From Candidatus Bathyarchaeota archaeon (GTDB taxonomy: Archaea; Thermoproteota; Bathyarchaeia; Bathyarchaeales; Bathycorpusculaceae): DNA of 64,000 bases. The notes below the pieces were generated by a model, which was not told the DNA's origin, ran no database searches, and worked only from the letters and a program-made list of their open reading frames with translations. Shown one piece after another: positions 31,954-40,029 of this stretch; position 1 is the stretch's first letter; the number at the start of each line of letters is the position of its first letter. The stretch covers positions 288,861-352,860 of the forward strand of contig CAWHXY010000006.1 of assembly GCA_963833575.1 (NCBI GenBank), read 5' to 3'. The translations under genes were made by a program, and so were the position numbers.

Positions 31954-32796
31954 ATGTCGTTTAAAACAAACGCTAAAAAAGAAACAAAGGGCCCCTACAT
32001 TAAAGATTTTTCTGACATAGCAAAAGATTATGAAAAAATATCCCTTGTACAGAAATCAGCTGCAGAAATTCTATTTGCTATAATCAATATTAACAAAAAC
32101 GAAGACGTTTTAGACCTGGGGTGTGGAACAGGAAATTTAACTAAAAGAATAAGGGATATAACTTCTGGAAAGATAGAAGGAATCGACTCCGCAGAAAACA
32201 TGATTGCTCAGGCTAAAGACAATTATGAAAAATTCAAAATACAATTTAAAGTGTTGAAAGCCAAGGATATTAATTATGCTCGTGAATTCGATGTGATATT
32301 TTGCAATTCAGCTTTTCAATGGGTAACTGATCCGGAAAAAGTTATCAAGAATTGCTATAGGACATTAAGAAAAGGCGGAAGGATAGGAATTCAGGCTCCT
32401 GCAACAAATGAGTATAGCCCAACATTTATCCAGGCGGTGGAAAGTGTCAAACAAAATCCCGCAACAAAAGAAACATTTTTGCATTTTAAATCGCCCTGGT
32501 TTTTTATGGAGACTGCTTCTGAATATAAGAAATTATTCGAGAAGGCTGGTTTTACTGTAGCGTTATCTGAAATTAATACTCTCAAATCAAAACATACACC
32601 AGAAGAAGCATTCAAGATATTTAGTTCTGGAGCAGCAGTTGGCTATCTTAATGAAGATTGTTATTCAGTAGATTTAGATGAACGCTATGTTTCAAGTTTT
32701 AATAAACTGGTGAAAAAATATTTCGCATCGCAGATAGATGAAGATGGTCTTGTTGAAGTAATATTTAACAGGATTTTTCTAATTGCTATAAAATAA
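31954..32796 (+). CDS. Class I SAM-dependent methyltransferase (Tam/BioC-like)
   Basis: VLDLGCGTG, GIDSAENM, FDVIFCNSAFQW, LRKGG. Confidence 0.9.
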   Translation: MSFKTNAKKETKGPYIKDFSDIAKDYEKISLVQKSAAEILFAIININKNEDVLDLGCGTGNLTKRIRDITSGKIEGIDSAENMIAQAKDNYEKFKIQFKVLKAKDINYAREFDVIFCNSAFQWVTDPEKVIKNCYRTLRKGGRIGIQAPATNEYSPTFIQAVESVKQNPATKETFLHFKSPWFFMETASEYKKLFEKAGFTVALSEINTLKSKHTPEEAFKIFSSGAAVGYLNEDCYSVDLDERYVSSFNKLVKKYFASQIDEDGLVEVIFNRIFLIAIK

Positions 32797-32808
32797 AGAT
32801 GGTTTAAG

Positions 32809-32821
32809 ATTAAATTTTAAT
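32809..32821 (+). repeat. Left target-site duplication ATTAAATTTTAAT
   Basis: The same 13-mer occurs at 42836-42848 in direct orientation; each copy abuts a TIR. Confidence 0.8.
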
Positions 32822-33095
32822 GCACACACACACACACTTGTTCTACGATTAGTGGATTAAGGAAAGAGGCAGTAACCAGATTAATTAGCGGTCAAACCTA
32901 AAGAGAGCACGCTCAGTAGTCTAATACCACGTAGAGAAAGGGTACAAGGGGTTTTTTTATGCTGAAAATAGCCTTCAGAGGGGCTAAGCGTAGTATAATT
33001 ATCATATATACGAGGGGTACTTTTTTACTATTTTTTTACCCCTCGTTGGGCTATTAGGGGTAAAAAATTAAGAGAAAAATTTACCCCTCGCAAAG
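32822..33095 (+). repeat. Left terminal inverted repeat (274 bp)
   Basis: GCACACACACACACACTTGTTCTACG...TTACCCCTCGCAAAG is the reverse complement of 42562-42835; no mismatch found by eye. Confidence 0.95.
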
Positions 33096-33119
33096 CCAAA
33101 ATATACTTTTTTCTTTTAT

Positions 33120-33608
33120 TCACGTCTTAACTGGAACTAACCCAAGACGATTTGCTGATTCTTCTACTGCCTTGCATCTCCTTTCTTGAATCTCAGCATC
33201 GGCAGGTTTTAGATAAGGTTTTATAAAAGACACGATTTCTTCCACAGTCTTTGAATGAACTTCATCATGTTTACAAGTTCCAAATTTATCGTAAGTATAA
33301 CAATGAGCAAGCTCGTGTACGATTTCAATAATTAATGGGAATTCGAGAAGATGCACCTCTCTCTTTTTCAAGTCATAAGTTCCAACGGTCTCAGCATATT
33401 CAAGAGGTTGCTCCAATGTTCCATGACCATACCCAACTGTAAAATTGATTCCAAATTTTATTTTAATTAATTTTACTAAATCATGTCCTTCACGCCAATT
33501 AACTGCATAACAAAGTTCTGGAAATTTATTATGTTCTAATCTGTAATATCCAGATTCTAATGCTTTTTGATTCTCATATTCAATCTCATTATTTTCCATT
33601 TTACTCAC
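33120..33608 (-). CDS. Zincin-like HExxH metallopeptidase domain protein (SprT-like), element cargo
   Basis: IVHELAH motif followed by a third His (KHDEVH). Confidence 0.6.
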   Translation of the reverse strand: MSKMENNEIEYENQKALESGYYRLEHNKFPELCYAVNWREGHDLVKLIKIKFGINFTVGYGHGTLEQPLEYAETVGTYDLKKREVHLLEFPLIIEIVHELAHCYTYDKFGTCKHDEVHSKTVEEIVSFIKPYLKPADAEIQERRCKAVEESANRLGLVPVKT

Positions 33609-33742
33609 TTTCTATTGAAGCTACATTAATTTGCAATTTGCTTGTCTGTTATTATTTCTTAGTCATTAGTCAGTTGTCTTGGTTAATTAAATTTTGACTC
33701 ATACAATAACTCTTCGTTTTTGTGGCTAAAGGATTACAAAGT

Positions 33743-33801
33743 GGTCAAACCTAAAAGAGAATACGATCGGCAGTTACATATCTGGTAAGAGAAAAGGGTA
33801 C
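33743..33801 (+). repeat. Degenerate internal copy of TIR segment 32890-32945
   Basis: GGTCAAACCTAAAAGAGA...AGAGAAAAGGGTAC versus TIR GGTCAAACCTAAAGAGAG...AGAGAAAGGGTAC. Confidence 0.75.
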
Positions 33802-33818
33802 GGATGTTCAATTCTTAC

Positions 33819-34862
33819 TTAAATTTCTTTGATAAATTCCTTTTCGTCCAAGGCAAAGTTGGCAACAAGTTTTCGCCTTATCAAACGAACCCAATTATAA
33901 TACTTGTCTCTTCTCCAATTAAAGAGAAGCCATCGTGAAAACTTTGCTTGAAAGGTTATCTCAAAATCAGATGTAAAGAAATTTTCCTTATTATAATTAT
34001 TGTTTTCTTTAGTAAATATTCCATATGGCAAACCCATGTTAACGCCATGTTTTTGAATCGAGATAACTAACTTAAAGTAGGTATGATGAAAGTGGGTTTC
34101 TCTTGAGAATTTCTTTTGCAACGTTGAAATTTGTGTTCCTTTTGGGGTAACAATAACCCATCTATCAGGTTTGTATAAATAAAATAAAGTAGTTTTTCCA
34201 AGAAAATGCTCAATAATATCGTTATTTTTCAATATAGGTTTCAAGTTTTTGCATTCAAGATTTTTTAAACTAAATAAATCTATGAACTCTTTATCATCTT
34301 TTTGAAAGCGAAAAATAGTTGGGTCGTAACTGTAAATATTGTTTTCTACACCAAGACGGTCTGGATTTGTTGTGTATCCAAAATACTCATCTTTATTCGA
34401 AGCCCAAAAAAATTCATATCCTGAAAGAGTATTAAACAAAACATATTCCGCAAAATCGAACTCAATTTTATCATACGTAAAATCATGGAGCCTTGAAAGA
34501 ATTTGTTGAGAGTAACTCGATTTATCTGTAGATAACGCTTCCCAAAAAAGCGACGCATATTGAACCGCAAACGGGGAAAATTTTGAAAGGTGCAATCGGT
34601 TCTTAGTTTTATCAACCAAAATGTTCGTGTAGATTATAGTCTTAATTTTTTCTTCAGGATATACAATTATGTAGATAGAAACAAACGTAAGAATAATTAA
34701 TGGTATTATTAGTAAAAAACCAATTGAAAAACCGTAAAAATAGAAATTTGCTAAATAAGAAGCAACTATGTTAGAAATTAATCCTATTAAGATAACAACA
34801 ACAATTAACTGCATTATCTCTTTTTGTTTTATCGAAATTGTTGGTTCCAATTCTAAGTTCAA
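33819..34862 (-). CDS. Hypothetical protein with two N-terminal TM helices, element cargo
   Basis: 347-aa AT-rich ORF; no motif recognised. Confidence 0.7.
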   Translation of the reverse strand: MNLELEPTISIKQKEIMQLIVVVILIGLISNIVASYLANFYFYGFSIGFLLIIPLIILTFVSIYIIVYPEEKIKTIIYTNILVDKTKNRLHLSKFSPFAVQYASLFWEALSTDKSSYSQQILSRLHDFTYDKIEFDFAEYVLFNTLSGYEFFWASNKDEYFGYTTNPDRLGVENNIYSYDPTIFRFQKDDKEFIDLFSLKNLECKNLKPILKNNDIIEHFLGKTTLFYLYKPDRWVIVTPKGTQISTLQKKFSRETHFHHTYFKLVISIQKHGVNMGLPYGIFTKENNNYNKENFFTSDFEITFQAKFSRWLLFNWRRDKYYNWVRLIRRKLVANFALDEKEFIKEI

Positions 34863-34969
34863 CTTTCAGTACTTATTAGACCTGAGTAGTTTTTAAATCT
34901 GTGCAACATAGAAATCCTTAACATAGAAGACCTAAAAAGTTAGTTGTGTCCTATTTACATGAGTAGAAA

Positions 34970-35512
34970 ATGAATAAAAAAACTACTGCACAAGTTCTGA
35001 TTTGTTTAGCTATTATAATTCTTTTGTCAATTAGTCTCCTTGTCTTTATTTTTCCTAAATCAATAGGGATATCACAACAAGTGTTATCGCCCTCATCAAC
35101 TCCGTCATCAACTCCCTCATCAACACCTTCACCGACAACCGTGCCAATTAATGTATTTCCAAACCAAACCCAAAACATAGAGGTAAACTGCTTTAAAGTA
35201 CAAAATACCGCTGGTTATTATAACATAAATGTCACCGACCTAAGCGTGTGGCAATTAAATGTGGGAGATGTGCAACTGAGTGAATCAATTATTGATGCTG
35301 GTATTATACCTGGTCTGAATAGTCCACCGACCACTAATTTAGTTCCTCAAAGTTGTTTTACACTTAAACCAAATGAAACGGTTACACTTCTTTTCTCAAT
35401 CGACAAACTTACAACAACAATAACGAATCCTGTATCAGTAATTGTTCATTATTGGGTTGTTGATGGTGCTAATAGTTGTTATCAAGACTATGCGAGAGCA
35501 TTTAATCTATAA
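34970..35512 (+). CDS. Membrane-anchored secreted protein with SSTP linker repeats
   Basis: N-terminal TM/signal peptide, PSSTPSSTPSSTPSPT linker, beta-rich C-terminal domain. Confidence 0.7.
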   Translation: MNKKTTAQVLICLAIIILLSISLLVFIFPKSIGISQQVLSPSSTPSSTPSSTPSPTTVPINVFPNQTQNIEVNCFKVQNTAGYYNINVTDLSVWQLNVGDVQLSESIIDAGIIPGLNSPPTTNLVPQSCFTLKPNETVTLLFSIDKLTTTITNPVSVIVHYWVVDGANSCYQDYARAFNL

Positions 35513-35560
35513 CTTGTAACTTTGATAAGAAACTTATTTAGCATCCGAATCTAAAAAAAT

Positions 35561-36586
35561 TTATAGAGTAACTATTCGAGGATTCCACGCTTTTGATTCT
35601 CCCCTCAAATATTTAGCGAGTAGAAGAGCCTCTTCATTAATCAGTGTCTCTATCTCTTGCTGACTCCCTACCTTCATTCTCGGTATGCTAACTTTCGAGA
35701 GGAAATAATCGTTTAACTTGTTTGTAAACTCGTTAGATAAATCATCCTTCAGATATTGCCTTTTAGCTTTTTTGTTAGACCGCTTCTCAGTCTTGTAAGC
35801 GAAATCTCTTTTGTTAAGGTCTTTACAATATCCGATTATGAAGTCGTCAATCAAGTATCGGTACAATTCTTGGAAGTCACACGCCAAAGAAGGCTTACCG
35901 AACTGTAAGCTGTGCAGAAAGCCTAAGAATGGCTCTAACTTTGCCCTTAATAGGGCTATGTGGACTTTCCATCTTAGAATCTCGTAAGCTAAATTAAACG
36001 TATTATTCAAACCATCATAGGCTAAGAATGTCTTTCTACCTTGTGGTCTGATTTCGTTATCGAACATACCAAATATTTGGGAGAAATACTTTCGAGAATA
36101 TTTTGCCTCGTAGCACGTTAACATTCTTCTAAGAGTCTTTTCATCATCGGAATGAATAGCGTTAACTTCATCCCTAACGAACCCAATGGGCATTAATCCG
36201 TATTTCCTTAGAACTTTATCGTAGCCTTCAGCTTTAGCTATTACAAACTTCTTTGCAACCTCTTCGCCTATTCCATTCTTTAACGCTTCATACTGCATTA
36301 TCCTTGTTTTTACATGAGAATCATCATCGAGAGACTTCAAAATTGCTACTGGGTTCCCTTTCTGCGTAAGAATCAACACATCTATTCCAAAGTAACCGCA
36401 AGTCGCTAACGCTCCGCTACTTAGCATGTTCCCTGATGTTATCTTTATTTCCCCTATTTCTTTCTCGAAGAGGGGAAACAACGTTTCCTTCTTCTCTCTA
36501 TCTCTTAGCAATAAACTTCCGTGTTTAATTCCCAAGTAGTTTCCGTAACCACTCAGGTCGATTTTTAGTACTTTCGCTCCTTTCGT
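35561..36586 (-). CDS. cas1: Standalone Cas1 endonuclease (casposase)
   Basis: Catalytic E (YEAKYSRKYF), N..LNLAY, H (GFLH) and SLACDFQE. The frame extends upstream of TTG 36535 through the Cas1 N-terminal strand (KVLKIDLSGYGNYLG) to an ACG at 36586 preceded by GGGAG. Confidence 0.93.
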   Translation of the reverse strand, partial: TKGAKVLKIDLSGYGNYLGIKHGSLLLRDREKKETLFPLFEKEIGEIKITSGNMLSSGALATCGYFGIDVLILTQKGNPVAILKSLDDDSHVKTRIMQYEALKNGIGEEVAKKFVIAKAEGYDKVLRKYGLMPIGFVRDEVNAIHSDDEKTLRRMLTCYEAKYSRKYFSQIFGMFDNEIRPQGRKTFLAYDGLNNTFNLAYEILRWKVHIALLRAKLEPFLGFLHSLQFGKPSLACDFQELYRYLIDDFIIGYCKDLNKRDFAYKTEKRSNKKAKRQYLKDDLSNEFTNKLNDYFLSKVSIPRMKVGSQQEIETLINEEALLLAKYLRGESKAWNPRIVTL

Positions 36587-36741
36587 ATTTAGCTCCCTTC
36601 TACCTATATAGAAGGCGAAACGCTCTAAAAAGGCTTATTACGTAAAAAGGGGCAGTAATAAAGCTTTATTTTACTACGGAAACCTTTCTGCCAGCCTTTA
36701 GCTTTATCCGCTTGGATACTTTCCTTAGAAAGTAAAGATAA

Positions 36742-37056
36742 TTAGATATTTCGGTAGTGCCATCCGCCAGCTTGACCTCTGTTCCTTAGCGTAGTATGCT
36801 TCCATTTTAAATCTAAGGTGCTTCGGAACTTTCTAAATCTGCATTGAGTAGGATTAGAGAGCAGATTAGGGCATTTTACTTCTTCACAGAATTTTACCTT
36901 AATGAACTCGCCATCTAACATTTTATTACAGCACGGATGCCCCTTTCTATGCAGAGGGACACGTATCTGCATGTTCTCTCTCATTTTCTTCCTAATCTCT
37001 ATCGGAACATCGTTGAATGGATCGTTCAAGTCTATATTGTCACTTTCACTTGACAA
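36742..37056 (-). CDS. Cys-rich hypothetical protein (element)
   Basis: TTG start with GGTGA SD; HPCC...C..C..C. Confidence 0.55.
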   Translation of the reverse strand: MSSESDNIDLNDPFNDVPIEIRKKMRENMQIRVPLHRKGHPCCNKMLDGEFIKVKFCEEVKCPNLLSNPTQCRFRKFRSTLDLKWKHTTLRNRGQAGGWHYRNI

Positions 37057-37068
37057 ACAATCACCTTC

Positions 37069-37263
37069 CTATTTTATCTCTTCGAGAACCTTGTTTGAAA
37101 TTTTAGTTTTAGATAATCTCGTGGCTTTCTTTTTACAGAGAATACACTTTCTTCTTTTGTCAAGATTGGCTACGTTTCTATATCCTTTGACAGGATTATG
37201 GATAACGTAGAAAGCTAATTTCTCGAAATGCTCAGCACATAAACCAATTTTTATTTTGTTCAA
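37069..37263 (-). CDS. Small zinc-finger protein (element)
   Basis: LCAEH...CILC; GAGG SD upstream. Confidence 0.55.
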   Translation of the reverse strand: MNKIKIGLCAEHFEKLAFYVIHNPVKGYRNVANLDKRRKCILCKKKATRLSKTKISNKVLEEIK

Positions 37264-37575
37264 TTTATTCTTCCTCTTGTGTCACGCACTAACAGGCAGA
37301 ACTACATCTGCAAGGTGATGTAGCTGTATCAGAAACCCTCTCTACTTACCTGGCTAATGATTCGTGCAAATTATTTTAGAATATAAAAAAAGGGAAAATT
37401 GGTATGCTGTTCGCTACGACTGAAGCCTTTCTAAAACTTTCTTAGCTTTCGTTGTCAGAGTTTCTTCTTAGGATGGAATGCAGTCCACGATTTTGGGATA
37501 GGCGTTTGAGGAGAAGCGTTTTGTCCAAGAGACGTTTTTTCTCTACTCTTTCCCATTTTGTTAATCACTTCCTCT

Positions 37576-37839
37576 TTAGGCATTGTTACTTGTGATATCA
37601 AGTAACCGTCTGTTGCTTTGGATAGCTCCGAAACGTTTCTCTATTCTTCCGCAGTTTGTTTCTTCTACTCTGCTAAAATCGATTTTCTGTAGCACTACGA
37701 TGTAGACTTTTCCGAATTTATCTTGCGTAGCTTTCACTCTTGCTCCATAAACTGTGATTTCAGAAATCTTGTCATTACGTTCACTGAACTTGATGACCTC
37801 TTCGTGTGCTTTGTTTTGTACAAAAACTTTTCTAATCAG
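37576..37839 (-). CDS. Hypothetical 87-aa protein, CTG start overlapping the upstream stop (CTGA)
   Basis: Manual translation LIRKVFVQNKAHEEVIKF...DITSNNA*; open for 88 codons; GGAG SD; missed by the ORF track. Confidence 0.55.
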   Translation of the reverse strand: MIRKVFVQNKAHEEVIKFSERNDKISEITVYGARVKATQDKFGKVYIVVLQKIDFSRVEETNCGRIEKRFGAIQSNRRLLDITSNNA

Positions 37840-38237
37840 TCGCTCTCTCCTTTTTTAGGCTTTGTCGTAATCCTGATTTTGATTCTATCGAATAGTGACG
37901 GTTTCTGATTCTGAGGTACTGGAAACGAATCGTTTGGCAAAGTACCTTCAAGGCTCCCTTCGTATGGTGCGTTAATATTAGTATCCTTGTCTTTTTCGAG
38001 TTGTTCAAGTTGTTCCTTAGAAAGTTTGTAAGCTCCGATGTCTAATCCGTATAATCCTTGCTCTCTTTCGGATTCAATATCTTCGATGTTGTCAAGCATA
38101 CGATTCTTTTCTGCTTCGGTATTTAATGGAGAAATTCTTGGTAGATTATTCTTTAGAGCCTGATGGGAATGTGTAGGAATAAAGAAATGTTGCCCTTTTT
38201 GATTTCTCGAACCTTTCTTTCTTGTTCTCCATGGCAT
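37836..38237 (-). CDS. Hypothetical protein (element)
   Basis: ATG with GGAGTGA SD; basic N-terminus MPWRTRKKG. Confidence 0.7.
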   Translation of the reverse strand: MPWRTRKKGSRNQKGQHFFIPTHSHQALKNNLPRISPLNTEAEKNRMLDNIEDIESEREQGLYGLDIGAYKLSKEQLEQLEKDKDTNINAPYEGSLEGTLPNDSFPVPQNQKPSLFDRIKIRITTKPKKGESD

Positions 38238-38254
38238 GAATTATCACTCCTTTT

Positions 38255-38437
38255 TTAGGTTAAAATATCAACTATTCTGACTTCACCGACTGTCTGTAGA
38301 GCTTCGGTTGCGGTACGTTTCCATCGTAGCTTAAACATTTCAAAATCATTTACTAATTCTACTGGACTTTGAACCTTAATTTTAGCTACAACAAAAATGT
38401 GCCTTGTTTCTGTCAGTTCTTTATTTTGTTTCTCCAT
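38255..38437 (-). CDS. Hypothetical protein (element)
   Basis: ATG with GGAAGGTGA SD, in a tightly packed operon. Confidence 0.6.
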   Translation of the reverse strand: MEKQNKELTETRHIFVVAKIKVQSPVELVNDFEMFKLRWKRTATEALQTVGEVRIVDILT

Positions 38438-38477
38438 GCGTAATCACCTTCCTGTTTAGTAATCCAAAATTCTATTC

Positions 38478-38603
38478 TCAAATTACAGTAACTTTTCCAC
38501 AATCCCTGCAAACAAAAGAATTGTATCGGCGTGCTTCAAAATCGTAATAGTTCTCCTTGAGTTCTAACGTATTTTTAGAATTACAAAATTTGCAGTCAAC
38601 CAT
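38478..38603 (-). CDS. 41-aa zinc-ribbon protein (element)
   Basis: Manual translation MVDCKFCNSK...FVCRDCGKVTVI*; below the ORF-track cutoff. Confidence 0.6.
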   Translation of the reverse strand: MVDCKFCNSKNTLELKENYYDFEARRYNSFVCRDCGKVTVI

Positions 38604-38604
38604 T

Positions 38605-38820
38605 CTACTCTTCACCTTCCTCACTTTCATCTTCGTCATCTTCGTTTCGTTGCACTTTCTTCTTAGAGTAGGTTATGAGCACTTGACCTTTAATATTCAA
38701 AGATTCAATGCTTAGAATGTAGTGCTTGTCTAACTTCTTGAGAACTTCATTTAGTTCGTCTTCATCTGGATTGTTCAGTACCTTCGCTCTAACAATCGTT
38801 TTATCTCCCATTAAAATCAC
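38605..38820 (-). CDS. Hypothetical protein with acidic tail (element)
   Basis: GAGGTGA SD upstream of the internal ATG; C-terminal EDDEDESEEGEE. Confidence 0.6.
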   Translation of the reverse strand: MILMGDKTIVRAKVLNNPDEDELNEVLKKLDKHYILSIESLNIKGQVLITYSKKKVQRNEDDEDESEEGEE

Positions 38821-38832
38821 CTCACTCTTTTG

Positions 38833-39438
38833 TTAGTTACTTTCTTGTAACCAAGATTCGCCTAAGCCTTCGCAGGTATTTTTATGTTTAATGTAGGCGA
38901 CAATTCCCGTCATGTCTCCGTTGTTATAAAACCGAATTATTTCTGGTGGCGGAATTTTTTCGTTCTTAGAGTTAACTCGGATTGTTATTGTGCCGAAATC
39001 CCTTAACTTCGCAAAACTTCTGTTTATTATGCCTAATTTTTTTGTTTCGTTTATGTGCCACTGAATTTCTTTCCAAGTTAAAGGCTTACCAAATATTATG
39101 CAATAGTTCCCTAACCTATTCCCGAAAAGGTCAGTCTTTGTACTTTCGGAAGTCCTTAATACCATTAGGCTTCCTAACTTGTAGAACTCTGCGTATTCTT
39201 TAGCGAAGTCTAAAACGTAATATTCTATGAGGTCGTCAACGTCTAACATTAAGAAATTGCTTGAAGTAAATCCTAAGACTACGTTTCCTTCTGGCGTTGT
39301 ATCTTCGATAGCCTTGTTTCCAGTAAAATCTGCTTGATACCCTTTAGGTTCGCTACAGAAAAACTCTTGTTCCTTTCGTTTTTTCAGCTTAGCCTTATCG
39401 CCTAAGAGATTTAATTGTACGTCTTGGCTAACGCTCAT
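38833..39438 (-). CDS. Putative AEP/primpol-like protein (element)
   Basis: FLMLDVDD (hhhDhD), LRTS...GNYCIIF (motif II-like, His replaced by Cys), ITIRV...K. Similarity judged by eye only. Confidence 0.4.
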   Translation of the reverse strand: MSVSQDVQLNLLGDKAKLKKRKEQEFFCSEPKGYQADFTGNKAIEDTTPEGNVVLGFTSSNFLMLDVDDLIEYYVLDFAKEYAEFYKLGSLMVLRTSESTKTDLFGNRLGNYCIIFGKPLTWKEIQWHINETKKLGIINRSFAKLRDFGTITIRVNSKNEKIPPPEIIRFYNNGDMTGIVAYIKHKNTCEGLGESWLQESN

Positions 39439-39769
39439 ATACCATCCCTGGTTTGTAGAATTTAATTCGCTTAACCTTTATCCAAGGAGTACGCTGATGA
39501 AGCTCTCCAAAAGTGACTTCTTCACCGTTTTTAAGTAGCGGTATCATTTTGAAGTCTTTAATTCTGTTGCAGGTGAATCTAATCATCTTGTAATTCATTT
39601 TACCGCTTACACTGTTTGGGATTTTTACATGAAAGCTCTGACGCTTGCTGATTCCATTCTTCGTTTCGTAATTAACGTAGAACCTTGCGTACTGTTTCGG
39701 TCTGCCAATATGCCTTCGTAGATGAATAGGCAGCGGTCTAAGCTTTGGAACTTTTCTTCCTTCGCTCAT
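39428..39769 (-). CDS. Basic hypothetical protein (element)
   Basis: K/R-rich 113-aa ORF overlapping its neighbours; GAGGTG SD. Confidence 0.65.
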   Translation of the reverse strand: MSEGRKVPKLRPLPIHLRRHIGRPKQYARFYVNYETKNGISKRQSFHVKIPNSVSGKMNYKMIRFTCNRIKDFKMIPLLKNGEEVTFGELHQRTPWIKVKRIKFYKPGMVYER

Positions 39770-39941
39770 GTCTATGCACCTCTCTTTTTAGGTTAGATTC
39801 TTTTTTTGGCATAGTCCCTATAGGAACTAAATCGCCATCTTCTAAGGAAACATCCGAAGTGTCAAAAGGTGGCTTAGTCCTAATCTCGTTAGGCTTAGCG
39901 TATCTTCTGTTTCCGTCTTTGTCAATTATAATCCAACGCAT
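39738..39941 (-). CDS. Hypothetical protein (element)
   Basis: ATG with GGAG upstream, in operon. Confidence 0.55.
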   Translation of the reverse strand: MRWIIIDKDGNRRYAKPNEIRTKPPFDTSDVSLEDGDLVPIGTMPKKESNLKREVHRHERRKKSSKA

Positions 39942-40029
39942 AGCTTTCGCTAATCTCCTAATCGTTTTGTTTTCTAAAAAAACTCAGTTTGTTCTAATTT
40001 TTCTTTTTTGGGACTAAAGCGGTAAGTTC

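Noticed and set aside
32760-32821. tRNA gene as the casposon target
   Set aside because: No cloverleaf or T-loop motif near either TSD; the flank is the 3' end of a methyltransferase gene.
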